From NCBI GenBank assembly GCA_046563655.1, contig CM102287.1, positions 7,316,001 through 7,380,000 on the forward strand: a DNA stretch of 64,000 nt. Direction: 5' to 3'. Both the position numbers and the translations under genes were made by a program. A model generated the notes under the pieces. The model was not told the origin of the DNA, did not search any database, and saw only the letters and a program-made list of their open reading frames with translations. Source of the DNA: Yuukianura sp. NJ FZ-2021. Taxonomy: Eukaryota. Positions 24,668 through 37,404 of the stretch are shown piece by piece. Within the stretch, counting starts at the first letter, position 1; every line of letters starts with the position of its first letter.

Positions 24668-25588
24668 ATGAAGAAAATGACTCACACGCCAAACAACAGT
24701 ATTTATGCGGATAATCCAAGTAAGTTTTTAAAAAATTTCAGAAATTGTTTCAAAATTTCAACTTTTTATGAATTTTTGACTGCCGGGCTACACATTTAGT
24801 CAACGCAAAGTTGACGTTGGTCGTCGTCGGATACACAGACTCCGGCGAATGTCATTGGCTATTGAAGGAACTAATTTACTAATTGAACAAACTTTTTTAT
24901 GCTAGCTACTACGGATATTGAGATTTCGATGTTACCGTCGTCGCCAGACTTTACACCCACTTCCAAGAAGATTCGAACTCCAGCTGTAGCTAAACTGCGA
25001 TCCTGGACTACACGTCGTGGCTTCAAAGTATCTAACCTCTTCCTTACCGTTGCCATTGGAATTATCATTCTCATTGAAATCAAGATCATGTACGAGACAA
25101 CTCGCACTTACAACGAATCCCTGGTCAACCAGCTGAGTCAAAAGAATGAAATGCTTGAAAAGGCACTGATCAACCTAACGTCAAGTCACAAAGACCGAAA
25201 CGAACTGCTGGACAAACTACTTCGGCTCAACGAAGACTTCAAAGTGGATGCTATGAATCGATCGGAACATCTCGAAGACAGGATTGAAGAGACACAGCAG
25301 CTTGTGATTCAAATGGCTAAGGAGAACAAGTTGATGTACGACACTGGAGAAAAGAGTTTCATGGATACGCTTAAACTTGTTCGTGAAGCACTGACGATGA
25401 ACACGAACACAGTCATTCGCCTATTGGATGAAAACAGTGAGATACAGAACAAGTTGCGGGAATTGGAAGAAAATGTTGGAGCGACCCGTCGTCGCAAAAG
25501 TGCTGCCTGGGGTAACAGTTCCTCCAAATCTACTGCCAGTATGGCCGCCATTTTGGTCGTGATGCTGGTTAACTTCTTGGCCATTTGA
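24668..25588 (+). CDS. Type II TM - coiled coil - predicted GPI-signal protein (tetherin/BST2-like topology); exons 24668-24719 and 24906-25588
   Basis: The upstream exon MKKMTHTPNNSIYADNP splices in frame (A|CT). The protein then has a basic juxtamembrane segment, a hydrophobic LFLTVAIGIIILIEIKIMY stretch, about 130 aa of heptad-like ectodomain, and a C-terminal GNSSSKSTAS spacer followed by hydrophobic MAAILVVMLVNFLAI*. Confidence 0.75.
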
Positions 25589-25885
25589 GTTGCAAACACA
25601 AAGTATTCCAGGTACTTAAGGTTATGGTGCGTGTTATGTTGTTTGCTGAAGATCTTGCTTTCCAGTCAAGTTTCATTGGCTTAAGTTTTAGTGTAATTTA
25701 AGTTCAAAGTAGATTAATTTTGCGTTATTAGTACTTTTTACCTTTACCTAATCGTTTAGGTTAGGTTAACATACGAATTTAATCTGTAACATCAGTTAAA
25801 AGTTGTAATAAGAAAACAAAAACAAAAATTCTTAAGTTAGTCGAAACTGAAACGATTTTGTTTTGTGTGGCTCAAACTCAAAAGT

Positions 25886-27467
25886 TCAAATGTTTGGAAT
25901 CCCAACTTGGACGTGCGCTTCAATTCCGCACTCGTTGTGTCCTCGACGAATTCTGAAGAATCCTTTCTCACCTAAAATTCAAAAATTTCAAAATTTCGAA
26001 CAGTTTTCCAATTTCTAGAGCTTTAGTATAAGTTCCGAATATGGTTTACCGAAATCGTAGTTCCACGAATTGGCAATCGTCCAGTAAGGAGCGCCATTTT
26101 CTTCTCCCCATCCGATGATCTTGATCGCATGGCCACCTAAGTAACTTCCAGCGACATGACGGTAGATTCCTGGAGAAGTGTTGAATTTAAAAAAAAAATA
26201 ATAAGTTTTTAGCAGATTTTAAAAGCTTTTTTGAAAAGTGTTGAAAAGGTTAAAGTCCAACCGGATTTGTAAGAGAGAAAGTCTTGGTAAACCCAGAACG
26301 CTGCGCTGACGGGTCCATTTTTCATGATTTCAGTTTGAATTTGTTCAACTTGTCTGGATATGGAGTAGGAAGTGTTGCCATAATGAAGATCGCTTTTGTA
26401 TGTCACTGGATACTGCGGTTGGCAATCCTTATGACACTTTGGTGTCTTCACAGGCTCGGTACAGTTGACACGATCTCCAGACGTGTGATGTTCGCAAGGC
26501 GGGATTTCATAGGGTTGGCATCCCTGCAATAATTAACATAACCATGATTAATTTTTGGTCAACTCCCGAATTCAATTGAATTAAAAGTGCTAAAAATTGT
26601 TGCTAACTAAATTGTTACTTGGCTTGAGCCGTAAGGACCTCCACTGACAATTCCATGAGTTTCAAAATATCTCCAGGCACTTGACAACATGCCACCATTG
26701 CATCCTGAAATAGAAATCAGCTTGAAATTCTTAAAAAGTCACAATTGAAAAAAAATAGTTTCTTTTTTCTAAAAACCGATTTTTTTTTACTTTTTAGAAA
26801 CGTTTGAACTCACCCATTGCACAAAAAAGAAATGGACAACAAGCCATCAGGTTTTCAGCAGAAAATCGGAATTGCTTCGTCCCTTTGCTTACAATGCAGT
26901 ATCGGTCAGTCATCGTTTCCGTAGTCTAAAATTCACAAAAGTGAATTCACATTTGGGAGTTGGGTGGCGGTGGGACCAAAACACAACATATAAATTCAAG
27001 TTAGCCTTCAAAATAACTTACAGCAAATGCCCAACACGATCCGCAAGACCCTTGATCCCGAATTTCCTTGATTGACGGACAATTTGGCCATTTTGTCCTA
27101 GCATCAAACTCTTTTGGAATATGAAGCCCTTGGAGACTGTGTGTCTTCTGGGGCAATCGGAGATACCAAGGTTCGTCCAGGGCTCCCATCAGTCGTCGGA
27201 TGTAAATCATGCTCGTATTGGCAGGGAAGTTTCGTCCAGCCTACAAAAAACTTATGAAATCATCTGTGGACAATTTGAAGCTACTAGCTAAGAGTGTGAT
27301 TAACTTACTTTCCATTGTGGTTTGAGTTGATTGATGTGATCAATCATTTGATCTGAAAGGGGATGAATTCCCATTACATTGTACCTGCCCGGGAATCTAC
27401 TGATTTTTGCAAGTCCAAGTGCTAATAACGATGCAAAAACGATCAAAAGTGTTGTCCACTGCATCAT
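25886..27467 (-). CDS. CtsB: Cathepsin B (C1A cysteine protease)
   Basis: Signal peptide, propeptide [40 protein letters not shown], occluding loop [22 protein letters not shown] and GHNECGIE. Confidence 0.95.
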
Positions 27468-28717
27468 GCACTTTTGGGAATCTGGAAATAAAGTGTCTAA
27501 ATGTTGTGAAGAACGAGAACAAAAATCTGTTCTTCACTTCTTAGATGTGTGGTTTTTACAATTTGAACCAAATTCGTTTTTTGTTATTTATAAAAACGGA
27601 GAGGGTTGGTTTTGGTTTTGTAAGGGGTGGAAAAAGTCTGAAAATAAAAATCCAACGCAACGCTGTGCATCAGAGAAAAGACAAAGAGCAGATTTCGAGA
27701 CGCAAACAAGCAACTGTTTTGAGTTTTGAAGAAAATTGCCCGTTTTATTCATTTTAAGTGGAAGGAAAGAAATGAAGATGACTAAGCTGGATGTGAATGA
27801 TGACCTTTGTCTTGACTGTTGATCTTATTTGTGAACTTGTCAGTCCTCTATTGCGAAAGTTACATTTTTGTGAGACGATAGTAGAGGTCAACAAAACATA
27901 TCCACACATCCCATCAATTGTTACTTTGAATCTAATCTTCCATTTTGCTCAATTTACTTGTTTCTGGATACAAGCATTTTAGATGTAACCTCCACAGCAA
28001 ACAGAACATGGAACTAATGATTTCATAAAGTTTATTAAACATAAACACTCGTGACTCGTCACAGTTAAGAGTTCAATGGTGACACGCCATTACATACAAT
28101 GCAAGTAAAAATGTACACAAGGATTTCGAAATTAGCCTAATAAACTGCTGTTTGGGAATGGTGATGAAGGTCAAGCGAGGTGATGGTCATTCGATGTATT
28201 CATCAGCAGCGCAGTTTATTCATCTAAGTGCGAAAATTGAAGGAAATGGTGACACTTTCAATTTAAATTGAAAGGAAATAAATAACTATTTAAATTAATT
28301 ATTATTTATAGAATATTTGTTAGGAGGGGGATGATTTACTAAACTGTTGGCTATTTGAATTTGGATGTTGGTGGAAGGAATGGCCTATGGTTCCGTCTTT
28401 ACAACAATGTTAATGTTAGGTATGTATGTATGTAATAGTTAGTAAGTTAACTTACCATCAAAGTCAGGTTAATTTCTGTTAGTAAAGCGTGATTTTAATT
28501 GGAATTCATCTGAAAATTTGCTGTGGCTTGGCTGGCTGTAGCGTTGATATTTTTTGTGGTGTTTACTTTTTGAGCTGTTTCCCGTCAGTCTGTTATTTCA
28601 GAGGATTAGTCCATTGGTAAAGAATTGTCTCAGTCCTGTTCAAAAGTTTAGAATTGGAGCGCGCTAAAGATTTGAATTATCTGTTTGTTTTGATTTTTGT
28701 TGTTTTTTTTCTGTCTT

Positions 28718-29885
28718 TTAAGGACGTGTGCTATGCGTCTAATTAACAGCAGTTCTTAAATTTAGTTACCACGATAACCGAACTTGTGTAGTTAGTAAAA
28801 GTTGCAGACATCGACAAGAAGAAACACTCATGTGAAAAACGATCAGTGCAAAGATGATCAAAAAAGTATGAACTTTCAAACAAACAAAATACTGACTCAA
28901 GTTCGGTTGCCGTCGTTTGGGTTTTGTAAATAAGTTTTCTGAGGCTGCGACATTGAAAATGAGAAATCGTGGGGATCAGCGTAGGAAGGTCGTACAATGA
29001 CCCACAATATATCAAACTGTAGGAAAAGACTGGATCTAGTTTCTCGCTAAAAAAAAATTACAAAATTTTAGTTGTAACTGTAAAAAAAATGGACCCAAAC
29101 ATTCCACCTCCATATTTACATAGATGGAACTAAAACTTTGTAATTTTTTTTTTGCGAGAAACTAGATCAAGTCTTTTCCTAAAGTTTGATATATTATGGG
29201 TCATTGTATGATCTTTCTACGATGTCCCAGATCATTTTTCATTTCATGTGTTACAGCGGCATTTTGACCCCCAGTTTCCAGGGTGTCCGCACACCTTAAG
29301 GACGTGTGTTATGCGTCTAATAAACAATAATCGTTAAATTTAGTAACCACGATAACCGAGTTTTTGCAGTTAGTAAAAGATGCAGACATCGACAAAAAGA
29401 AACACCGTCGTGAGTGGTGAAAAAGGATCAGTGCAAAGATGATCAAAAAAAGTGGGCACTTTCAAACAAACAAAATACTGACACAAGTTCGGTTGCCGTC
29501 GTCTGGGTTTTGTCAACAATTTTTCTGAGGCTGCGACATTGAAATTGAAAAACGGTCTGGGTCAGCGTAGGAATGTCATACAGTGACCCACAATGTATCA
29601 AACTTTAGGAAAAGACTTGATCTAGTTTCTCGCAAAAAAATTTTTTCAAAATTTTAGTTGTAACTGTAAAAAAAATGGACCCAAACATTCCACCTCCTTA
29701 TTTACATAGATGGAACTAAAACTTTGTAATTGTTTTTTTGCGAGAAACTAGATCAAGTCTTTTCCTAAAGTTTGATATATTGTGGGTCATTGTATGACCT
29801 TTCTACGATGTCCGAGATCATTTTTCATTTCATGTGTTACAGCGGCATTTTGACCCCCAGTTTCCAGGGTGTCCGCACACCTTAA
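28718..29885. mobile_element. Head-to-tail dimer of a ~580 bp non-autonomous element bounded by TTAA (units 28722-29295 and 29300-29881); Kolobok-like
   Basis: Both units begin GGACGTGTG and end GTCCGCACACC. TTAA occurs at 28718, 29296 and 29882. Each unit has an internal inverted repeat of about 70 bp. The copies are similar but diverged. Confidence 0.7.
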
Positions 29886-30200
29886 GTTAAAATGAGGAAA
29901 GTTGTTTTTAGATTACAAAATTGATGAATTAATTGAAGTGAACTGCTGGTCGAAAGAGGTAAGTTGTAATTTGTACTTTTGTTGTTATATTAGTTAAGTA
30001 CAGCATTCTTAACGCTTGTTATCATTGGGTGACTTGGGGAGGGGCGATGACAGCAAGCAAAAAAAGTAAAAAAGAACAGTAGAATGCGAAGAAAGATTAA
30101 ATCACGTTTGATTTGCTTGTTTTAGGTCAATCAATCAGGTTCAGAACTTTGAATTAGAGCAAGGACTTAGATCTTCCAGCTCCGGAAGTGGAGGAGAATT

Positions 30201-33200
30201 ATGGAGATGGAAATTGAATACACGCCTCCAGACACAACTGCAGACATTACTGCTGCGGTTAGGAAGAATGTGATATCATCGGAAACAAAAGTTGTCACTT
30301 GGGACTGCAGTGAAGTTTTCAATCGGTTAACGCCTCGGGAGAAGCTTTACGCACATTACATGAGTAAAGCAGCCTGGTATGGAGCGCTTATTATTCCTGT
30401 TCAGGTAAATATTTATAACTGGATTACTACAGTTCTACCGCTGTCATTATCGGCTTGTTACAACTTTTTACTTACTAATTAACGTTTCTGTTTTTGCAGA
30501 CATCTCCGGAGTCTCCAGTCATCTTTTCTCTCCTCTTTGATTTGTTCAAAACGAATACCATTGCGCGTAAGTATTTCGCATTGAGTCGATAGTAAACTTT
30601 CTTAAGTTTTCATTCAAATATTCATTCATACTTGTTTTAGGTGTGAAAGAAATCGCTGTTGATCACTGTTTCTTTTGGGAGGATGACTGGCAAGTAAGAT
30701 AAATATTGCGAAAATTCTTACGTTACAGGAATTCCTGCTGTGTAATGCCTTCTCCACGTTTAGGATTTACTAATATACACTTGTGGGATCTTTTCTAACG
30801 GTGGAAATTATCTTGGATCTGGCGACACAAAGTTTATTCCCGGGTTATCTTTGTCGAAGTTTGGTTCTCTCATTATGAACCGACACATAAAATTTACTGG
30901 AGACGACGCTCGTCAGAAGTGGGAAGTGGTGAAGGATAAGCTGTACTCTTTGAACGATGGTGAAAAGCAACTTGGTTTGTGGAACAAGGTTTGATTCCGA
31001 ACCTATTCAAATTACGTTTTTTACTTTTACATCTATGACTGCATAATTTTTCAGGGAGTTACAACTTATTTCACTCCGAATTGCACACCGCAGGATGTTG
31101 CGCTTGTGGATCGTTTCATGGTTGCTTATTCACGGAGTCATCTCAACACCCGTGTCTTCAAGCACTTTCCGAATCCCAACCCAACGTTCACAAGCAACAA
31201 ACCTAAGGATACAAAATACACCCTCTACGAGGTTAGAACGCGGCATTTAAGTTAAATAATTTAACTATACTTCATTTAGTAATTTGATGGCCAGTTTTGC
31301 CAGTAATGTTTCTTCTTTGAATTCGAATTCAGGTGAGAACTGCTTCTGTTGCAGGCGATCCCTATGGCTTCAAATATTCCCCTCACTACGACTTCGAAGA
31401 CACGGAATTTATCATTACGAGGTGTGACTATGTCCCAATGTTGAAAGACGTTCGCCACTGGTTGTGTCGAGCCAAGGAGTTTTCTGCCAATGATCATCAA
31501 AGGGACATGGTCGAGGAACTTCTCAATACATTTCATTCTGGAGAAATTGAACAACACAAGGAAGCCACTCGATATTGGCTACGAGACAAAGACTCCAATG
31601 TCGAAGCGTAAGAATTTAAATCACACTCAAGTTTTTATTTTCTCTGCTCTATCGAAATACTTTTATCTATGTTTAAGTTGATATCATCATTTGTTGCACA
31701 GGTACTTAGGATTTGTCGAAACTTATCGTGACCCGGATGAACAGAGAGGAGAGTTTCAAGGATTTGTACTTATAGATGACCCCGTTTTGAATGACATTTT
31801 GGACAAGATGGCATATCACTCGAAAGAGTTCCTAGCCAAACTCCCCTGGCCAAAGGAATTTGAACGAGAAGTTTTCAAAAAACCAAACTTCAGTGCTAAA
31901 GAAGCCCTTACGTATGCAGCCAGCTCCATTCTTGATTCCATCAACGTTCCCAGTTGTATGACTTTTACTAATTTTCTTTTCTGAAACTAGATATCTGAGC
32001 CATTTTTATTTCATTTTTTTTTCAGATCCTGATATCCGAGTGAAAAATGGTTTCAAGAACTTTGCACTTGAGAAAGTTTCTCGATCTCTCTACGAAGGAT
32101 CCAAAATGTCTTTTCTGTCAAAGGAGGACACGAACCTCTACAACCGATATTTCGTCCAAGCACATAACGTGCAACTCTGTATTCACGAAATTCTTGGTCA
32201 TGGATCCGGAAAGTTATTCGTACGCAATCGAGATGGGACTACGAACTTTCCACGCGAATTACTCAATCCAATCACTGGAACACATGTAAGCTCTTTTGTA
32301 TTAACAATATATAATTTATTATTATACGTTCGGCAATTGGCAATAAATGATGCAAGTAATTTTGGATTTCTGGACAGATTGATTCCATGTACGAGATAGG
32401 GGAAACGTACGACTCCCTGTTTCCTCCTGCTCTGGGAGGTTCAATGGAAGAATGCAGAGCGGAATGTGTCGGATTGTATCTATCCCTTGATGATGAAGTC
32501 CTCAAGTACGAAGTTTCGTGTAATGATTGCGTAGCATTTGATATAAATCTCAAGTATCTGTAATTTAATTTTGTGTCCGTAGGGTTTTCGGCTACGAAGG
32601 AGAAGAAGCAGAAGCGATTCGGTATGTCAACTGGCTGGACTTCGTTTATGCTGGACTTGCCATTTCATTACGGAGCTACCTTCCAGGTACGACATTTTAA
32701 GCAATTAAGTTGTAATTCAGCAGACATTTTACAATCCTGTTCACAATTTCAGATGTTAAGCAATGGCGGGACGTTCACGAACACGCCAAGTTTGCCATTC
32801 TTCGAGTATTAATTGAGGCTGGGGAAGGACTGGTTACAATTGAGCAAGTTCTTGACGAAGATAATGAACCCGATCTGAGAATTACGCTTGATCGAAGCAA
32901 GATTCAAACAGTGGGACGGAAAGCCGTTGGCGACTTGTTGGTGAAACTTCAAGTGTACAAAGCAACAGCTAATGTTCAGCATGCTCAGCGTCTCTATCGG
33001 AAAATTACGGCTGTGAATAATAACGGGCTTTACCCATGGCTCCAGTGGAGACAAATTGTAATGAAGAAAGAAGAAGTTCAGCGCTTGTTTGTCCAGCCAA
33101 ATACTTTCATAACTGGTAATTCTTCCTTTACACAAAGTTCATCGTATGTGAAGTATTATTGTTAACTGATTTGTTTGATTTCTGGAAGATGAAAATGACG

Positions 33201-33361
33201 TGAAATTGGCGGTGTACGACTCCACATTTGAGGGTTTCATTGAATCCTGGCTAGATCGTTATGATGACAATGATTCGTTCCCACCATCGCTATATGATCA
33301 ACTGGACGAGTGCTGGCTCAGGGACAAAATGCATTTCTTCCCAGAACACACCAATATCTAA
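30201..33361 (+). CDS. DPP3: Dipeptidyl peptidase III-like metallopeptidase (M49)
   Basis: LTPREKLYAHYMSKAAWYG, GNYLGSGDTKFIP, YLGFVETYRDP, HEILGHGSGKLF (HExxGH), MEECRAECVGLYL and LFVQPNT; multi-exon. Confidence 0.9.
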
Positions 33362-33842
33362 TTGTTTATTTACAGTTTACAGTTTTTTTTAATTCTATAC
33401 AAGTTTGACCATTTTCAAATTAATTTTTAAGTCAGAGATTTATGATTTATTCTTTTTGATACATGACATGACCCCGAGAGTTAGACGACTGAAATTGACC
33501 TCAAGTTCAACATTAAAGGAAAACGACAATTTTTACTTTACTTATGCAATTTCACTAAACTTTAATTTTACTTCCTTACTTTATGTCTGCCAATTGCTGT
33601 AATCTGTATCCAATTCATGTGTTGGTGTTCAATTTGTCCAGGCGTGGAAATTGCGATAAGCCGGTAGCGGGACTCAACTTCGGGACTTTTGAAAGTGTTT
33701 TTGATTTTGTTTTGTGCATGTCTACTTTTCCATTTTCGTGTAATTTCATGATCTTCTCAAGTTCAATTAAATCAAAATCTCCCAGTTAATCGTTTCTTTA
33801 TCATTAGCGGAGCTCGTTTTAGTATCGAAAAGTGGAATAAGG

Positions 33843-35427
33843 ATGGGAATACATGGATTAGCTAAGGTGATAGCGGACGTAGCTCCAGCAGCGATCAAGG
33901 AAAATGAATTGAAAAACTACTTCGGTAAGGAAAGGATAACCAACCGGTGTGTTTTTGGATGGAATGTCACCAATAATTGTCTTTCCTGATTGTTTAGTAG
34001 GATTGTTGACATCACTAATATTTTGATTGGTTTTTACAGGCAGAAAGATTGCCGTGGATGCTTCGATGTGCTTGTACCAATATTTGATTGCCGTAAGACA
34101 GGAAGGGGCTCAGCTTCAATCGACTGATGGTGAAGTCACATCTCACCTGAGTGGTTTCTTTTACCGAACCATTCGATTAGTCGAAAACGGACTCAAGCCT
34201 GTCTTTGTATTTGATGGGAAGCCACCGGAAATGAAGAGTGGAACACTGGAGAAACGGGCTGAAAAGCGTGCTGATGCTCAAAAGGTGTGAATGATTTGTT
34301 CAATACGAATTTTCGCCCGTTACTTTTGAGTGACTTGCTATATCGCTTATCGTAGGCATTAGATGAAGCTCTAGAAACAGGAACTGGAGAAGATGTCGAA
34401 AAGAATGTCCGAAAACTTGTCAAAGTCACAAAGTCTCACAACGAGGAGGTTAGAAAACTGTTGGGTTTGATGGGAATTCCTTGCATTACGGTAAGTATCG
34501 AGTCAGTGCAATGTGTTTGTTCCAAGTTTGATTTCCTTATAAAGTTTTCATGGAATGCATTCGTTGTCTTTTAGGCTTCATGTGAAGCCGAAGCTCAGTG
34601 CGCTGCTCTTCAGAAAGCGGGCAAGGTGTACGCCGTGGCCACTGAGGATATGGATGCTCTCACGTTCGGCACCAACGTACTCCTTCGTCATACCACATTT
34701 AGCGAGGCTCGGAAAATGCCAATCAAGGAATTCCATCTGGACAAGACGCTCCAGGCCATGGAATTTACCATGGAGCAAGTGAGTGGATTTTATTCATACT
34801 AATGAGTATTTTTATGTTGGTTTCATCAAACTTTTTTGTTTCTAGTTCATCGATCTCTGTATTCTACTGGGATGTGATTATTGTGACAGTATCAAAGGGA
34901 TTGGCCCGAAACGGGCAATTGAACTCATCACGAAACATCAAACGATTGAAAATGTCATTAAGAACTTGGATGAGAAGAAATACCCCATTCCAGAAAACTG
35001 GCCGTTCGCAGAAGCTCGTCGTTTGTTCACTGAACCTGACGTCGCAGATCCAGAATCATTCCAAATTACATGGAGTGCTCCTGATGAAGAGGGACTTGTT
35101 GCCTTCATGTGTGGTGAAAAAGGTAAAAAACGTGAATCCAAATCACAAAATTGTACAACTTCTTGATTTTTGATTACATGCAACCAGAATCGGTTTATCA
35201 ATTTATTGCTTTTCAATACAGGATTCATGGAGGAGAGAATCAGGAACGGAGCCAAGAAGCTTCAGAAAGCTCGACAGACATCAACTCAGGGAAGACTTGA
35301 CACGTTCTTCAAAGTTTTGCCGTCCACTCCAGCCGCTAAAAAGCGACCGTCTGAAGAAAAGAAAGAGAATCCAAGCAAAAAGTCCAAGAAAGCTGGAGGC
35401 GGAGGCGGATTTCGCCGTGGAAAATGA
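33843..35427 (+). CDS. FEN1: Flap endonuclease 1
   Basis: [12 protein letters not shown]...[54 protein letters not shown]-box QGRLDTFF and a basic C-terminus. Confidence 0.97.
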
Positions 35428-35719
35428 TCTGCATACCCAAAATATTCTTCGTAGCATAAAGTAAGCTGAATTCACTCACCTCAACCAAAATTAAGTATTG
35501 GGATTTTGCTGGCACTGTAATAATAAAGACTGGACTACTGGACAACTAAGCAATGGAGAATGGAAAATAACGTAAGAAAAATTTTAAAACGTTGCCAACT
35601 TTCATACTTTTGGGGTTTTATTTCCCAGCAAAATCTGTCCAGGAAGTTCATTTGACAATTCACATGTAGTTTTATTACCTTCTGCGCTTTAAGTGTATTG
35701 TTGATTCAGTTTGGCAACA

Positions 35720-36367
35720 TCAGCGTTGAGTGAAAAGAGCTGCAGCTCTACCAGCGACGGAAGCCAGCATTTCAAGAAAAGTAATCACGAATCTTCCAAC
35801 GGATACATTTAGTAAATCCAGCACTACTGCGTCAACTACTCTCTGCATCAGTCCTGATCCTTCGACCAAATTCTTCAGTTGAGCTTCATTGAAGAAATTG
35901 TTTCTGAATCCATATCGAAGTGACATGAAGGAAACGAGGAAGCCATACATTATGTAGTTCGTCGCAACTCGAATCTGTATAACAAGTAAGAAATTTAAAA
36001 CAAACATCATCGTTAGTACAATTTGGTTTCATAATTTTTTTTTAATCTTACACCGTAGATTGGCAGAGTTCGAATGTCGTCATCTTCTGCCGTGTAGTAA
36101 ATCTGTCCCACATCAGCGACAAATGACAGAAGAAGGACGATCATGAACGTGGCATACCAAACTGATGGTGGCAACGGATTCCATGACCCAATGAAAAGGA
36201 TCACCGGAAAATATTTCAGAGTCAGCAGCACAATTTCCCAGAGAATGACCAGCACAATTGTCAGGAACACTTCGTAGGCCTAAAGAAAAACGTTTTTTTC
36301 AACACATTTCATCCGTTATGTTCAGAAATGGACTCACAGAGACTAGTATCGCAAATGTCACGCTCAT
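35720..36367 (-). CDS. Orphan multi-pass membrane protein, paralog 3 (3 exons)
   Basis: MSVTFAILVS|AYEVFLTIV...LPIYG|IRVATNYIMYG...; same exon layout and boundary motifs as the genes at 21.1-22.9 kb. Confidence 0.65.
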
Positions 36368-37404
36368 TCTTGTAGACGATTGGTGATTTCCAGGCTTCAA
36401 AAAAAACTCTGGACCACGAGTCAGTCAAAAATCGCTGCTGCTAAAAATGGGAAACTTGGAGTGTCCTTTTAGAAAAATCGTCCACGAGTATTTCAGAAAT
36501 AATCGCGCCAATAAGCACATCGACTTCAAAATTCAAGGTTTCCATATCGATAAATTAATTTTTCATAAAAAATCGAAATGCGAAATAGCATTTAGTATTT
36601 CGAAAAAAAAATTTTTTTTTTGTCTGTTTCCAGATCCTTGACTGTACGTGATCCAAAGTATTGGCTTTTGTCGCTGCAGCAGCAGCGTCATCTCGATTTG
36701 GACAGGACAGGACCAGTCCGGCTTCGAATTTCTTTCCATGACTTCAATTGAAGAATGACCTCAAGTAGGATTTATTGTTGGAATCATGTAGCAGGTCAAA
36801 GGTCAAAGGAAACTTCCTTTCCTTGTTCCAGCAGAAATGCATAATATGCCTCGTCATCATCAAAACAACATCTACGCACTGGATTCCCCGTTATTTTGAT
36901 TATTCACTTCTGGTTCTTACGGGATTTGCCTAGATTTGTCTATTTGCTTGATGTTGTTGAATTTTGATAAGAATGTTTCTATACATGCTCAGATTCAACC
37001 CTTGTCTTGTCGGTCATGACATGATAGGTTGGACACTTTGACTTCATTAGACACCCACTCAGAGAAGATTCAGTGGAGTCTTGATGACATGGACTGAGAC
37101 AATTGATCTACAGAACTCATTTTCACAAGACTCATAACCATATCCGTAACAACACCACAAAGCAGATCTCATTTTCACTCGGAGTTCAACGAATGACGAA
37201 ACTAACTAATTCCAGTTCAGTATTTAAAGGCTGGAGGTTACGATAAATGTGGTTTAGTTCTGAGTAGTTCAAACTATCAGCATTAACGCCGAAGCCACTT
37301 AATCACTTCTTCGCTTCCTACCTTACGAAGTGACACTCAAGCAGTTAATAAGAACTCCACCTTGACCGTAACGGGAGTTTGCACAAAATTTTGGACTAAA
37401 GAAA

